Origin: Phycisphaerae bacterium
GTDB taxonomy: Bacteria; Planctomycetota; Phycisphaerae; UBA1845; Fen-1342
Direction: 5' to 3'
NCBI GenBank assembly: GCA_050115495.1
Contig: JASFQK010000008.1
Span: 64,001-128,000, forward strand
DNA length: 64,000 nucleotides
In this document: piece by piece, positions 57,501 through 64,000 of the stretch
Layout of the letters: the number at the start of each line of letters is the position of its first letter
Numbering within the stretch: position 1 is the stretch's first letter
Translations under genes and position numbers: made by a program
The notes under the pieces: model-generated
The model's database searches: none
Told to the model about the DNA's origin: nothing
The model's input: the letters and a program-made list of their open reading frames with translations, nothing else

Positions 57501-59446
57501 ACATGGGCAACTTGCTGGAAGCGTCGGTGACGCTCGAGCCGACGTGGAAGGTGCTCTGTCCCTGGATCACGCCGCCTGGCGCAATCCGCGAAACCTCCGA
57601 GCGCACCGTCGTGAACACGTACGATGCACTCTATCGGCTCCGCACGACGACGCGGACCACGCAGGAAATGACGGCGACGAGCAGTGACTACGATGACGAT
57701 GAACGCGCCACCGTCACGCGTGACTTCGAGTTCGTCCCCGACGAAAACGGGAACCTCCGCTACGTGACGGACAGTGAAGACAGCACGACCGAGTACGTCC
57801 ACGACGACGCCAATCGCCTGACGCAGGTCATCGTCGATTCCACCACCGTCGTCACGTACAACTACGCCAACTGGGTTGCGTCCGACTACATCGTCGCCAC
57901 CTATGCCAACGGCACGAGCACGCAGTGGCTGTTCGACGCCGCAGGTCACATCGATCACATCACGCACCGCGAGGGAGCCAACACGCTGCTCGATCTGGAT
58001 TACACGTGGACACCCGACGGCCTGGTCAGCTCCATCGTCGAGACCACCTCGACCAACACGACGACCGTGTCGTTCACGTACGACAAGCGCGGCCGGCTCC
58101 TCGGTGAAACGCGCGTCGTGGACGGCACGACCACCGTCTACGACCTGACGTACACCTACGACCAGCTCGGCAATCGGCTGACGATGACCGACAACCTCGC
58201 CGATCCGGACATCGTCACCACGTACCACTACGACACCCAGTCGCCCGTTTGGCCTCCGGGCTACGAGCGGCAAGGGCAGACCCCCTTCTACGGCACGCTG
58301 AACAACCGCCTGATCTGGGCCCAGACCGTTCAGGGCGAAACCACGCTCGAGACGCGCTGGTATGTCTACAACGCCGGTGGGCACGTCAAGCGGATCGTCA
58401 CGCACCACCCGGGCGATCCGGCGTACGGGATCGAGCATTTCCAGTACAATGGTGCCCAGCAGATGTGGCTGCACCGCACGTTCACGTGCCAGGCGGACCA
58501 GGACCGCGAGCCGATCAACACGGTGGGCCTCACCGCCTGGGAGTTCCGCTACACCGCGGATCGGCGGCGGTACCTGGCGCGGGCCCGGGACGCGACGCTG
58601 CCGGCGGACCAGTACGATCCGTACCTCGAGCCGCTCGACGACGACCCGCAGGACCGGTTCGTGCGGTGGAGCGAGTACGTGGGTGACCAGGTGCACGCGG
58701 ACTTCGAGATGGACCTGAGCGGCCAGACCCCGGTAGCGGACGTGACGGCCCGCTACGTGCACGCCGGCGGGGCGGACGGGGCGCTGGTGGCCATGGACGG
58801 CGGCCCCGGCTACACGCTGAACGACCGCCGGTTCTTCCACCAGGACCTGCTCGGCACGGCGCGGCTGCTGACGGGTGCGAACGGGGCGGTGACGCAGTCG
58901 CTGGCGTTCAGCGCGTTCGGCGGTGTTGTTGGAACCGCTCCCGCGGGATCGCCGCGGTATGGGTACGCCGGGGCGTGGGGTTACCAGGACGACGGGCTGG
59001 GCACGCCGGGCTGGACTGGACCGGCGGCGCTGCACGTGGGGGCGCGGTACTACGACCCGGCGATCGGGCGGTTCCTGGGACGGGATCCGATTGGGATCTT
59101 CGGAGGCATTGACGTCTACGCATTGGACGTCGCACCGACTGTGGGTGTTGATCCCAGTGGCCTCTTCACGTTCGGCGACATATTGTCCGCTGCGCGGACG
59201 GCGGTGACGGCGGCGGTGCGGGGCGCGCAAGCTGCAGCGCGTGCAGGTCGAGCTGTCATCCGCCAAGTGGGGCGAATGCGACCGAGATGGATGAAGAATG
59301 CCAAGGGCTTCGAGTCAGAAATCTCAAAGGACTTCCGAGTCGGATGGCATGGGTTCAAGAACAAAGCTGGCAAGCAGATGTGCCGACCCCACTACCACCG
59401 ACGACCTGGAATTGGGCATCACCGCCCATGGGATGGAGGATGGTAA
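54518..59446 (+). CDS. Rhs/YD-repeat polymorphic toxin with N-terminal dockerin-like repeats and a His/Arg-rich C-terminal tip (start uncertain)
   Basis: GDLNDDGQI and GDMNDDGSVN; VNLRSGNL; YD repeats; core DLLGT...GARYYDPAIGRFLGRDP...PTVGVDPSGL. Confidence 0.92.
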   Translation: MVSASFLGNGRIRPVEQRGRCGCTAAVAVMVGLSMAGLCLACTLLAMRLATPVPGDLNDDGQITAADIEAFVLAVNDPATWCTTYERDYVYLLELADFDDDDAVTIDDIPGFAQVLLPHLFGGGGLGAETLGAAVSETVDLDIDSDNTDGTNPRAPTAYEDLIEDDPYETGKQIVVDTDPSSIPRTPAVLELHATGVATVPDVKFRLIYPANVSVAIAAWLYDSEESADSGAEQSYPYSHWILGDMNDDGSVNNFDLSPFILALTDRPAYYQAFPGLDPDLNGDISGDWVLANSDISPFVQLLEDPVIMPIPARLLVRGMDVSAAQGETRIFAEADTDADGTYSAADADAVRATVYDDDQGVPPGELGAGRPWGATLPVATFSAVNLRSGNLHTEIPIDAWPGYGPDVDFRLYHSSGAAGAECPTSTGFTLGSGWSMSYGGCLRFYPSEVSPEQITVIEDDGNTTTFTWNSQSSIWEPPAGVHDTLTVAEQNMMVPVKEISDATPPAPAWVLTRKNQWRRIFDARGWLLYHTDSNREPDDDQPTYGGLAIRVNRYPDNDPNYAGMISYIRDMTVCRRLDFHYDEYGQLEVITEEDVVNREWHFYYDGYGRLTTVSLWDNPYADPECDDGTCEIVWDVYITYDTDSQIATISDKLDHGAANNNPYEYEYDDLGRLNVVTSPALDQQDPAPDPSPQVLTYDYAQSPLRFETAYEDRRGKEWTCLFEMWGGIASVEDPVGNTWEIEYDSDRNPEYFTDERDSTWTATYDGVGNLLTLTDPLGYRRQWEYDIYSNVTTITPPLNNTGGLDTSKTVEFEYLDYYDVGSQLIADFTHLTKITEPDPDGDGQVGYGPAETLLAYHHADVGASGTGELKRVTDANSVQNRFTYHSHHGTLYDWTEGPDSAVDEDYYPVYTRTETDNGGRVEHSTQWNSSGTAEYNASNNPTTAQCTGREGEPTLSAPDPDPPDDYAPVEDCAWYILMSRCGGEGTCQQAEYDNMGNLLEASVTLEPTWKVLCPWITPPGAIRETSERTVVNTYDALYRLRTTTRTTQEMTATSSDYDDDERATVTRDFEFVPDENGNLRYVTDSEDSTTEYVHDDANRLTQVIVDSTTVVTYNYANWVASDYIVATYANGTSTQWLFDAAGHIDHITHREGANTLLDLDYTWTPDGLVSSIVETTSTNTTTVSFTYDKRGRLLGETRVVDGTTTVYDLTYTYDQLGNRLTMTDNLADPDIVTTYHYDTQSPVWPPGYERQGQTPFYGTLNNRLIWAQTVQGETTLETRWYVYNAGGHVKRIVTHHPGDPAYGIEHFQYNGAQQMWLHRTFTCQADQDREPINTVGLTAWEFRYTADRRRYLARARDATLPADQYDPYLEPLDDDPQDRFVRWSEYVGDQVHADFEMDLSGQTPVADVTARYVHAGGADGALVAMDGGPGYTLNDRRFFHQDLLGTARLLTGANGAVTQSLAFSAFGGVVGTAPAGSPRYGYAGAWGYQDDGLGTPGWTGPAALHVGARYYDPAIGRFLGRDPIGIFGGIDVYALDVAPTVGVDPSGLFTFGDILSAARTAVTAAVRGAQAAARAGRAVIRQVGRMRPRWMKNAKGFESEISKDFRVGWHGFKNKAGKQMCRPHYHRRPGIGHHRPWDGGW
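58571..59107 (+). repeat. Rhs core-end segment, copy 1
   Basis: Near-identical to 59851-60387 (offset 1280). Confidence 0.92.
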
Positions 59447-59449
59447 GAC

Positions 59450-59785
59450 ATGTATGGTCGGTGGCCCTTGCTTCTGCGTGAGCGGGCGTGTCCGGGCACA
59501 CTTCAGTTCGCTGAGAATCGGACTGAGCTCCTCGTTCTTTTGGACGAGTTCAGCGATATCATTGAGGAATTCGAGGCGTGGGACGCTGACGGACGTCCCG
59601 TTGATCTCGGCACGTACGCAGCCGATTTCGCGGCCGGTCGAGAGGACAAGGGGGTGCTCGTACGCGAGCAGCCTGACAGGCATGGGGCATTGCGTGCCAT
59701 TCGAGACTACCGTCCGGACGTACAAGGTGTTCCGGCGCCGTCAACCTCGATCGTCGATTGGGCCCGAATTGCGGGTGTCAAGTGA
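59450..59785 (+). CDS. Putative immunity protein for the Rhs tip
   Basis: Starts 3 nt after the toxin stop; acidic 111-aa protein. Confidence 0.7.
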   Translation: MYGRWPLLLRERACPGTLQFAENRTELLVLLDEFSDIIEEFEAWDADGRPVDLGTYAADFAAGREDKGVLVREQPDRHGALRAIRDYRPDVQGVPAPSTSIVDWARIAGVK

Positions 59786-59850
59786 CGCTGCGTCGCTGCC
59801 CGGTGCGTGCGAGCAGTGAGATCCTGCGTGGGCCCGACGACCGTCAGCGA

Positions 59851-60816
59851 TACCTGGCGCGGGCCCGGGACGCGACGCTGCCGGCAGACCAGTACGATCC
59901 GTACCTCGAGCCGCTCGACGACGACCCGCAGGACCGGTTCGTGCGGTGGAGCGAGTACGTGGGTGACCAGGTGCACGCGGACTTTGAGATGGACCTGAGC
60001 GGCCAGACGCCGGTAGTTGACGTGGCGGCCCGCTACGTGCACGCCGGCGGGGCGGATGGGGCGCTGGTGGCCATGGACGGCGGCCCCGGCTACACGCTGA
60101 ACGACCGCCGGTTCTTCCACCAGGACCTGCTGGGCACGGCGCGGCTGCTGACGGGTGCGAACGGGGCGGTGACACAGTCGCTGGCATTCAGCGCGTTCGG
60201 CGGCGTTGTTGGAACCGCTCCCGCAGGATCGCCGCGGTACGGGTACGCCGGGGCGTGGGGCTACCAGGACGATGCTCTCGGTACGCCGGGCTGGACCGGT
60301 CCGGCGGCGCTGCACGTCGGAGCCCGGTACTACGACCCGGCGCTCGGGCGGTTCCTGGGGCGGGATCCGATGGGAATCTTCGGTGGCGTGAACGCATACG
60401 GTTACGGCTTGGGCAACCCCGTGTCGATGATTGATCCGAGCGGGAGATTCACTCTCGGAGAGGTCGCAACAACGGTGGCGATCGGCGCCACGCTTGGTGG
60501 TCTCAGCAATGGTGTACAGTCTGGTTCGTGGAGCTGGAAGGACGCCGCCGTGGGCGCTGCAGGGGGCGCGGTTGGGATGGGCGTAGGTCTGATCAATCCA
60601 ACCCTCGGAGGCGCCGCGGGCGGATTCACAGGCGGTCTGGTGAGTTGTGCGATAAACTGGGAGGCTCCGGGTTGGCGTCTGGTTGGTTCGACGCTTGCAG
60701 GTGCTTTGGTCGGCTACTTCTCCGGGTTCATGACGGAAGGGGGTATGAAGCTAGAGTCGTCGGTTGCTGGCTTCATCGGTGACGTTGCAGGCAACATCTG
60801 CACAAACTGGGAGTGA
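59851..60816 (+). pseudogene. Orphan Rhs cassette: duplicated core end + alternative Gly-rich hydrophobic C-terminal tip
   Basis: Homology begins abruptly at YLARARD with no convincing start; NPVSMIDPSG is followed by a different tip. Confidence 0.85.
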
Positions 60817-60841
60817 CTGTTACCGCAATCGGACGAGGGCC

Positions 60842-61363
60842 ATGAACGACTTCATCGACGGCCTGCGTTGCTTCTTCCGTCAGCGCTCGCTTTGGGCACA
60901 GCCTCACATCAACGCCAACAGGTACTGGTTTGGGGCATGGTACTGGGACGCCGCGCGCGCCGCTTTGTGGTGCCTCTGCGTTAACGTGGTGGTCTGGATT
61001 GCCATCGGGCAGACAGGCCCTGACGGTATCGTCCGGCATATCGCCCTGTTCTGTCTCATGGCTGCGGTAGGCACGTCCTTGGTTGTCCTGAAGCTTAAGC
61101 GGCGGTATTACGTGGCCGCGCCGCTCGTTGACCGTGAAGGGCGCCGGAGATGCGTCGCTCTTCCACTGCACACTTTTCTAACGGCAAGGGCATACACATT
61201 CGGCGCGACTCTGTGTGTCAGCGCGGGTGTTGCGTTGAGCGTGGTGATGCGCGATTGCCGACCGGCTGCGCTATGCGCGGTATTGTGCCTTTCGTACGCG
61301 ATTGAGGGGATTCTGATGCGTGCCGGCGGCCGATGGCAACGAAAGCGTCTCCGACAGGGTTGA
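60842..61363 (+). CDS. Putative membrane immunity protein (about 4 TM)
   Basis: GAGG RBS; directly after the orphan tip; hydrophobic helices. Confidence 0.65.
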   Translation: MNDFIDGLRCFFRQRSLWAQPHINANRYWFGAWYWDAARAALWCLCVNVVVWIAIGQTGPDGIVRHIALFCLMAAVGTSLVVLKLKRRYYVAAPLVDREGRRRCVALPLHTFLTARAYTFGATLCVSAGVALSVVMRDCRPAALCAVLCLSYAIEGILMRAGGRWQRKRLRQG

Positions 61364-61556
61364 GCATGAGCCTCTGGCAATTCGTTCGCCCGCATCGCTT
61401 GGCCGCGGCCGTGCTCCATGCGGCGAAAGTTGGCGAGCGTGCGTGAGGTCTGCAGACGTGACTTCAGCGCCAGCCGCTGCTGCAGGCCGTTGCTCCGGCT
61501 CAGACAGGCAGCAGTCTGCGCGCGGTGGCCCCAGCGGGGTGGAAGGGAGGAGACAT

Positions 61557-62585
61557 ATGAAGCTGAACGCGTGGCGGATCATGGCGTTCGTGGCTGCGGT
61601 CACGGCTTGGGCCGGGGTTGCCGGGTTGGCGGAAGAGAAGCGTGATCATCAGCCGGCGGCAGCGCCGGGCCAGCCGCAACCTTGTGCCACACAGCCGGCG
61701 ACGGCGCGAGACTTTACGCCACTGAGTTGGCGAACGGCGGGCGTGCCGGGACCGTGCGTGTCGGACCGCAGTACGTGTATCTGCGACCAGATCACCTCGG
61801 GTGGCGTGGGCTGGTGCTCACGGCACGGACGCGGGTTCGCCTATGGCCACGTTCTCCGAACCTGGCCGCTGTTCCGCACGTTGCTCCCGACCGACGATGG
61901 ATCGGGCAATGTGGAACAGACGCCGCACCCAGGATGCACCGCGCACGGCACTGGAGAGGACGAGGCCGGCGGCGATGAGCATGAGACTCACTACTACGGA
62001 GCTGTGCTCCTCAGCCACGAGAGCCTGCTGCTCATGCTCAACGCAGTGCCCAGGGCCGGGGGGCCGAAAGGGAACCCCTACCGCGTCGAGGCCATTCCGG
62101 GGTACTGCCCGGAGACCGGGCAGTACCTCGTGATGGGTCGGTGGTATCGGTCGTGGATCGTCCCCGCCATGGAGGCCGGCCGCCTGTTGCCGGGCCTGAG
62201 GAAGAGCGCGACCGCCGGCCAGACAGGCGATGATGGTGCGCAAGTGCCTGTGGATGCCGCGGGTGAACGCCCCGCCGAAGGGGCAGCAACTGCTGATGCC
62301 GGCGATCCGGTGCCGGGCTGCGAGTTCTGCCGCCAGGCCTTCGCGGCCGGTGCGGTGTGGAGCGCGTCGGGCTTCCCGGTGCAGCCGTTCTGCGAAAAGT
62401 GCGGAGTCGGCGTGGTTGCCGGGAGAGTCTTCATCGGCCGGGAAGCGTACGAGCTGGCCCGCGCAGCCGACGGGGCGCTAGATCTGCATCGCCTGCACCG
62501 TTGCGAACGCTGCGGCATCGGCGTCCTGGCCGGCGGCCGATGTGACGTTTGCTCAGAGTGCAAGAAGTGCCACGCGGGGCAGTGA
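61557..62585 (+). CDS. Secreted Cys-rich hypothetical protein
   Basis: GGAGGAG RBS, signal peptide, several CxxC motifs (CEFC, CEKC, CERC, CDVCSECKKCH). Confidence 0.65.
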   Translation: MKLNAWRIMAFVAAVTAWAGVAGLAEEKRDHQPAAAPGQPQPCATQPATARDFTPLSWRTAGVPGPCVSDRSTCICDQITSGGVGWCSRHGRGFAYGHVLRTWPLFRTLLPTDDGSGNVEQTPHPGCTAHGTGEDEAGGDEHETHYYGAVLLSHESLLLMLNAVPRAGGPKGNPYRVEAIPGYCPETGQYLVMGRWYRSWIVPAMEAGRLLPGLRKSATAGQTGDDGAQVPVDAAGERPAEGAATADAGDPVPGCEFCRQAFAAGAVWSASGFPVQPFCEKCGVGVVAGRVFIGREAYELARAADGALDLHRLHRCERCGIGVLAGGRCDVCSECKKCHAGQ

Positions 62586-64000
62586 AGCGATACGGACGAA
62601 CCCGGGCAGCGTCTGTCGTTGTTAGCACGTTGTCTGGGATGCAACGTGCGTATGCTTCCGTGCTCGCGGCCGGGAGCACGCCGGTCAAGCGGAATATCCC
62701 CGCCCCCGGCTGGGGTGCGGGCATGTCCGTTTCGCCGTTCTCGGCCGTTAACCTCCGCAACGGCAACGTGTTAACGGCGATTCCCCTCGTGTCTTGGGAT
62801 CCCGCGGGGCCGCCGGTCGGCTTCACGCTGTACCACAACAGCCTCGCCGCGCCGTACGACACGGACTCCGCCGCCTGGGGGTTCGACCTGGGCGACGGCT
62901 GGAGCGTGAGCTACGGCGGCCACGTCGAGGGCAGCAATGGCGATACGTGCGTCACCGTGGTCCATGCAGATGGGCGGCGCGACGTGTACACGTGGGTGGA
63001 CGGGGAATACGTACCGCCGGCGGGCGTGCATGATCTGCTCACCTGGGACGGCGGGGCGTCCGAGTGGACGCTCACCAGTCCGGACCAGACGCAGGCGGTG
63101 TTCAACGACGATGGGTTCCTGGTTGAGGTTCTGGACAGTAGCGGGAACGCGTGTACGGTCGAACGTGACGGCGGCTACCTCACGTACGTAAACAGCGCTG
63201 CACACGGCCTGTCGGGCGCAGGCGACAACCGCCTCGAGTTGAGATACTACGACAACCGCCTGTACCAGATCGAGGACCCCATCGACCGCATCTGGGAGTT
63301 CGAGTACGACGGCTCGGGCCGGCTGTGGAAGATCCACTATCCATCCGACGGGTACGTTGCGGCGTCGTGCGTCGAGATTCTTTACGAGGCGGGGGCGTCG
63401 AACCGCATCCAGCACATCCGTTCGCGGGAATACAGCGTCGCCGCGAGCCCGTCCCCCTACGCCTGGACGTGGAGCTACACGTACACGGACGGCTGCCTCA
63501 CGCTGGTTGAAGATCCCGACCACGACATCGGCGAGGTGGACCCCGTACGCTACGAGCAGGAGTTCGCCTACGAGGCCACGCCCGGCGGCGACGATCTGTG
63601 GGAGACGACGTACACCGATCGGCGAGGCTACGACTGGCTCGTGCGTTTCGACACGGCGGGCGACGCGGTGGAGTACGAGGACCCGCTGGAGAGCGTGACG
63701 GTTCTGGCCTACGACGCGGACCATAATATGGTCGAGTACACGGATCCGACGGACCCGGCCGACCCGCTATCGCATACCTGGAGAGCAACGTACGGCCCCG
63801 TGGGCAACGTCGAGACGGTCACCAGCCCGATCGCCGGGCAGACCTGGACGTACACCTGGGAGCAGCCGGAGCCGTCGACCCGGCCCAACCTGTACCGCCT
63901 CACGCAGGTCTCCGACCCGGTCAGCGGCTGGGTGAGCTACGAATACGCCTGCGACGACCCGGACGATCCGACGCTCGTAACGAGCGTGACCGAGATGGCC
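62582..64000 (+). CDS. Second Rhs/YD-repeat protein (partial, runs off the right edge)
   Basis: GTG overlapping the upstream TGA; WGAGMSVSPFSAVNLRNGNVLTAIP...GWSVSYGG...PPAGVHD, paralogous to the 54518 protein; YD repeats. Not in the ORF track. Confidence 0.85.
   Translation, partial: MKRYGRTRAASVVVSTLSGMQRAYASVLAAGSTPVKRNIPAPGWGAGMSVSPFSAVNLRNGNVLTAIPLVSWDPAGPPVGFTLYHNSLAAPYDTDSAAWGFDLGDGWSVSYGGHVEGSNGDTCVTVVHADGRRDVYTWVDGEYVPPAGVHDLLTWDGGASEWTLTSPDQTQAVFNDDGFLVEVLDSSGNACTVERDGGYLTYVNSAAHGLSGAGDNRLELRYYDNRLYQIEDPIDRIWEFEYDGSGRLWKIHYPSDGYVAASCVEILYEAGASNRIQHIRSREYSVAASPSPYAWTWSYTYTDGCLTLVEDPDHDIGEVDPVRYEQEFAYEATPGGDDLWETTYTDRRGYDWLVRFDTAGDAVEYEDPLESVTVLAYDADHNMVEYTDPTDPADPLSHTWRATYGPVGNVETVTSPIAGQTWTYTWEQPEPSTRPNLYRLTQVSDPVSGWVSYEYACDDPDDPTLVTSVTEMA

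Noticed and set aside
58571..60387. Rhs duplication as a DGR template/variable repeat pair
   Set aside because: The differences are not adenine-specific and are mostly synonymous. It is far from the RT and explained by an orphan Rhs cassette.
67..63903. Many long antisense or alternate-frame ORFs (e.g. 67-783, 3151-4725, 10774-12426, 25002-26459, 55646-57289, 57386-59266, 62771-63724)
   Set aside because: These are shadow ORFs expected at high GC. They overlap well-supported genes and are Arg/Pro/Gly-rich with no recognisable motifs.

Overview
This is a GC-rich bacterial chromosomal window, most likely Planctomycetota/Phycisphaerae (inferred from PEP-CTERM proteins, dockerin-like GDxNxDG repeats, FGE-sulfatase proteins and GTAG-type REPs). 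Housekeeping genes include a class I fumarase (partial), an oligopeptide-binding protein, a ferredoxin, an NfnAB/SudAB-type transhydrogenase, ispE, aqpZ and tRNA-Thr(TGT). They are mixed with accessory modules. The best candidate for a new system is a minus-strand operon at 14930-16935. It has a near-consensus sigma70 promoter, a ~250-nt leader RNA with seven tandem hairpins whose closing stem masks the RBS of a 98-aa ORF, an XRE-HTH gene, and a retron-like reverse transcriptase with divergent motifs (TYDD, SARRH, VHNL). Other notable items: a palindromic element inserted in frame in ispE; a cluster of nucleotidyltransferase, sirtuin and HD genes plus a truncated Hen1; a decayed integrative element and a duplicated 5' half of tRNA-Thr; a methyltransferase plus PLP-enzyme pair; an Abi_C/HEPN-like gene; and an Rhs toxin locus with an orphan C-terminal cassette. 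All family calls come from motif recognition by eye, not database searches.
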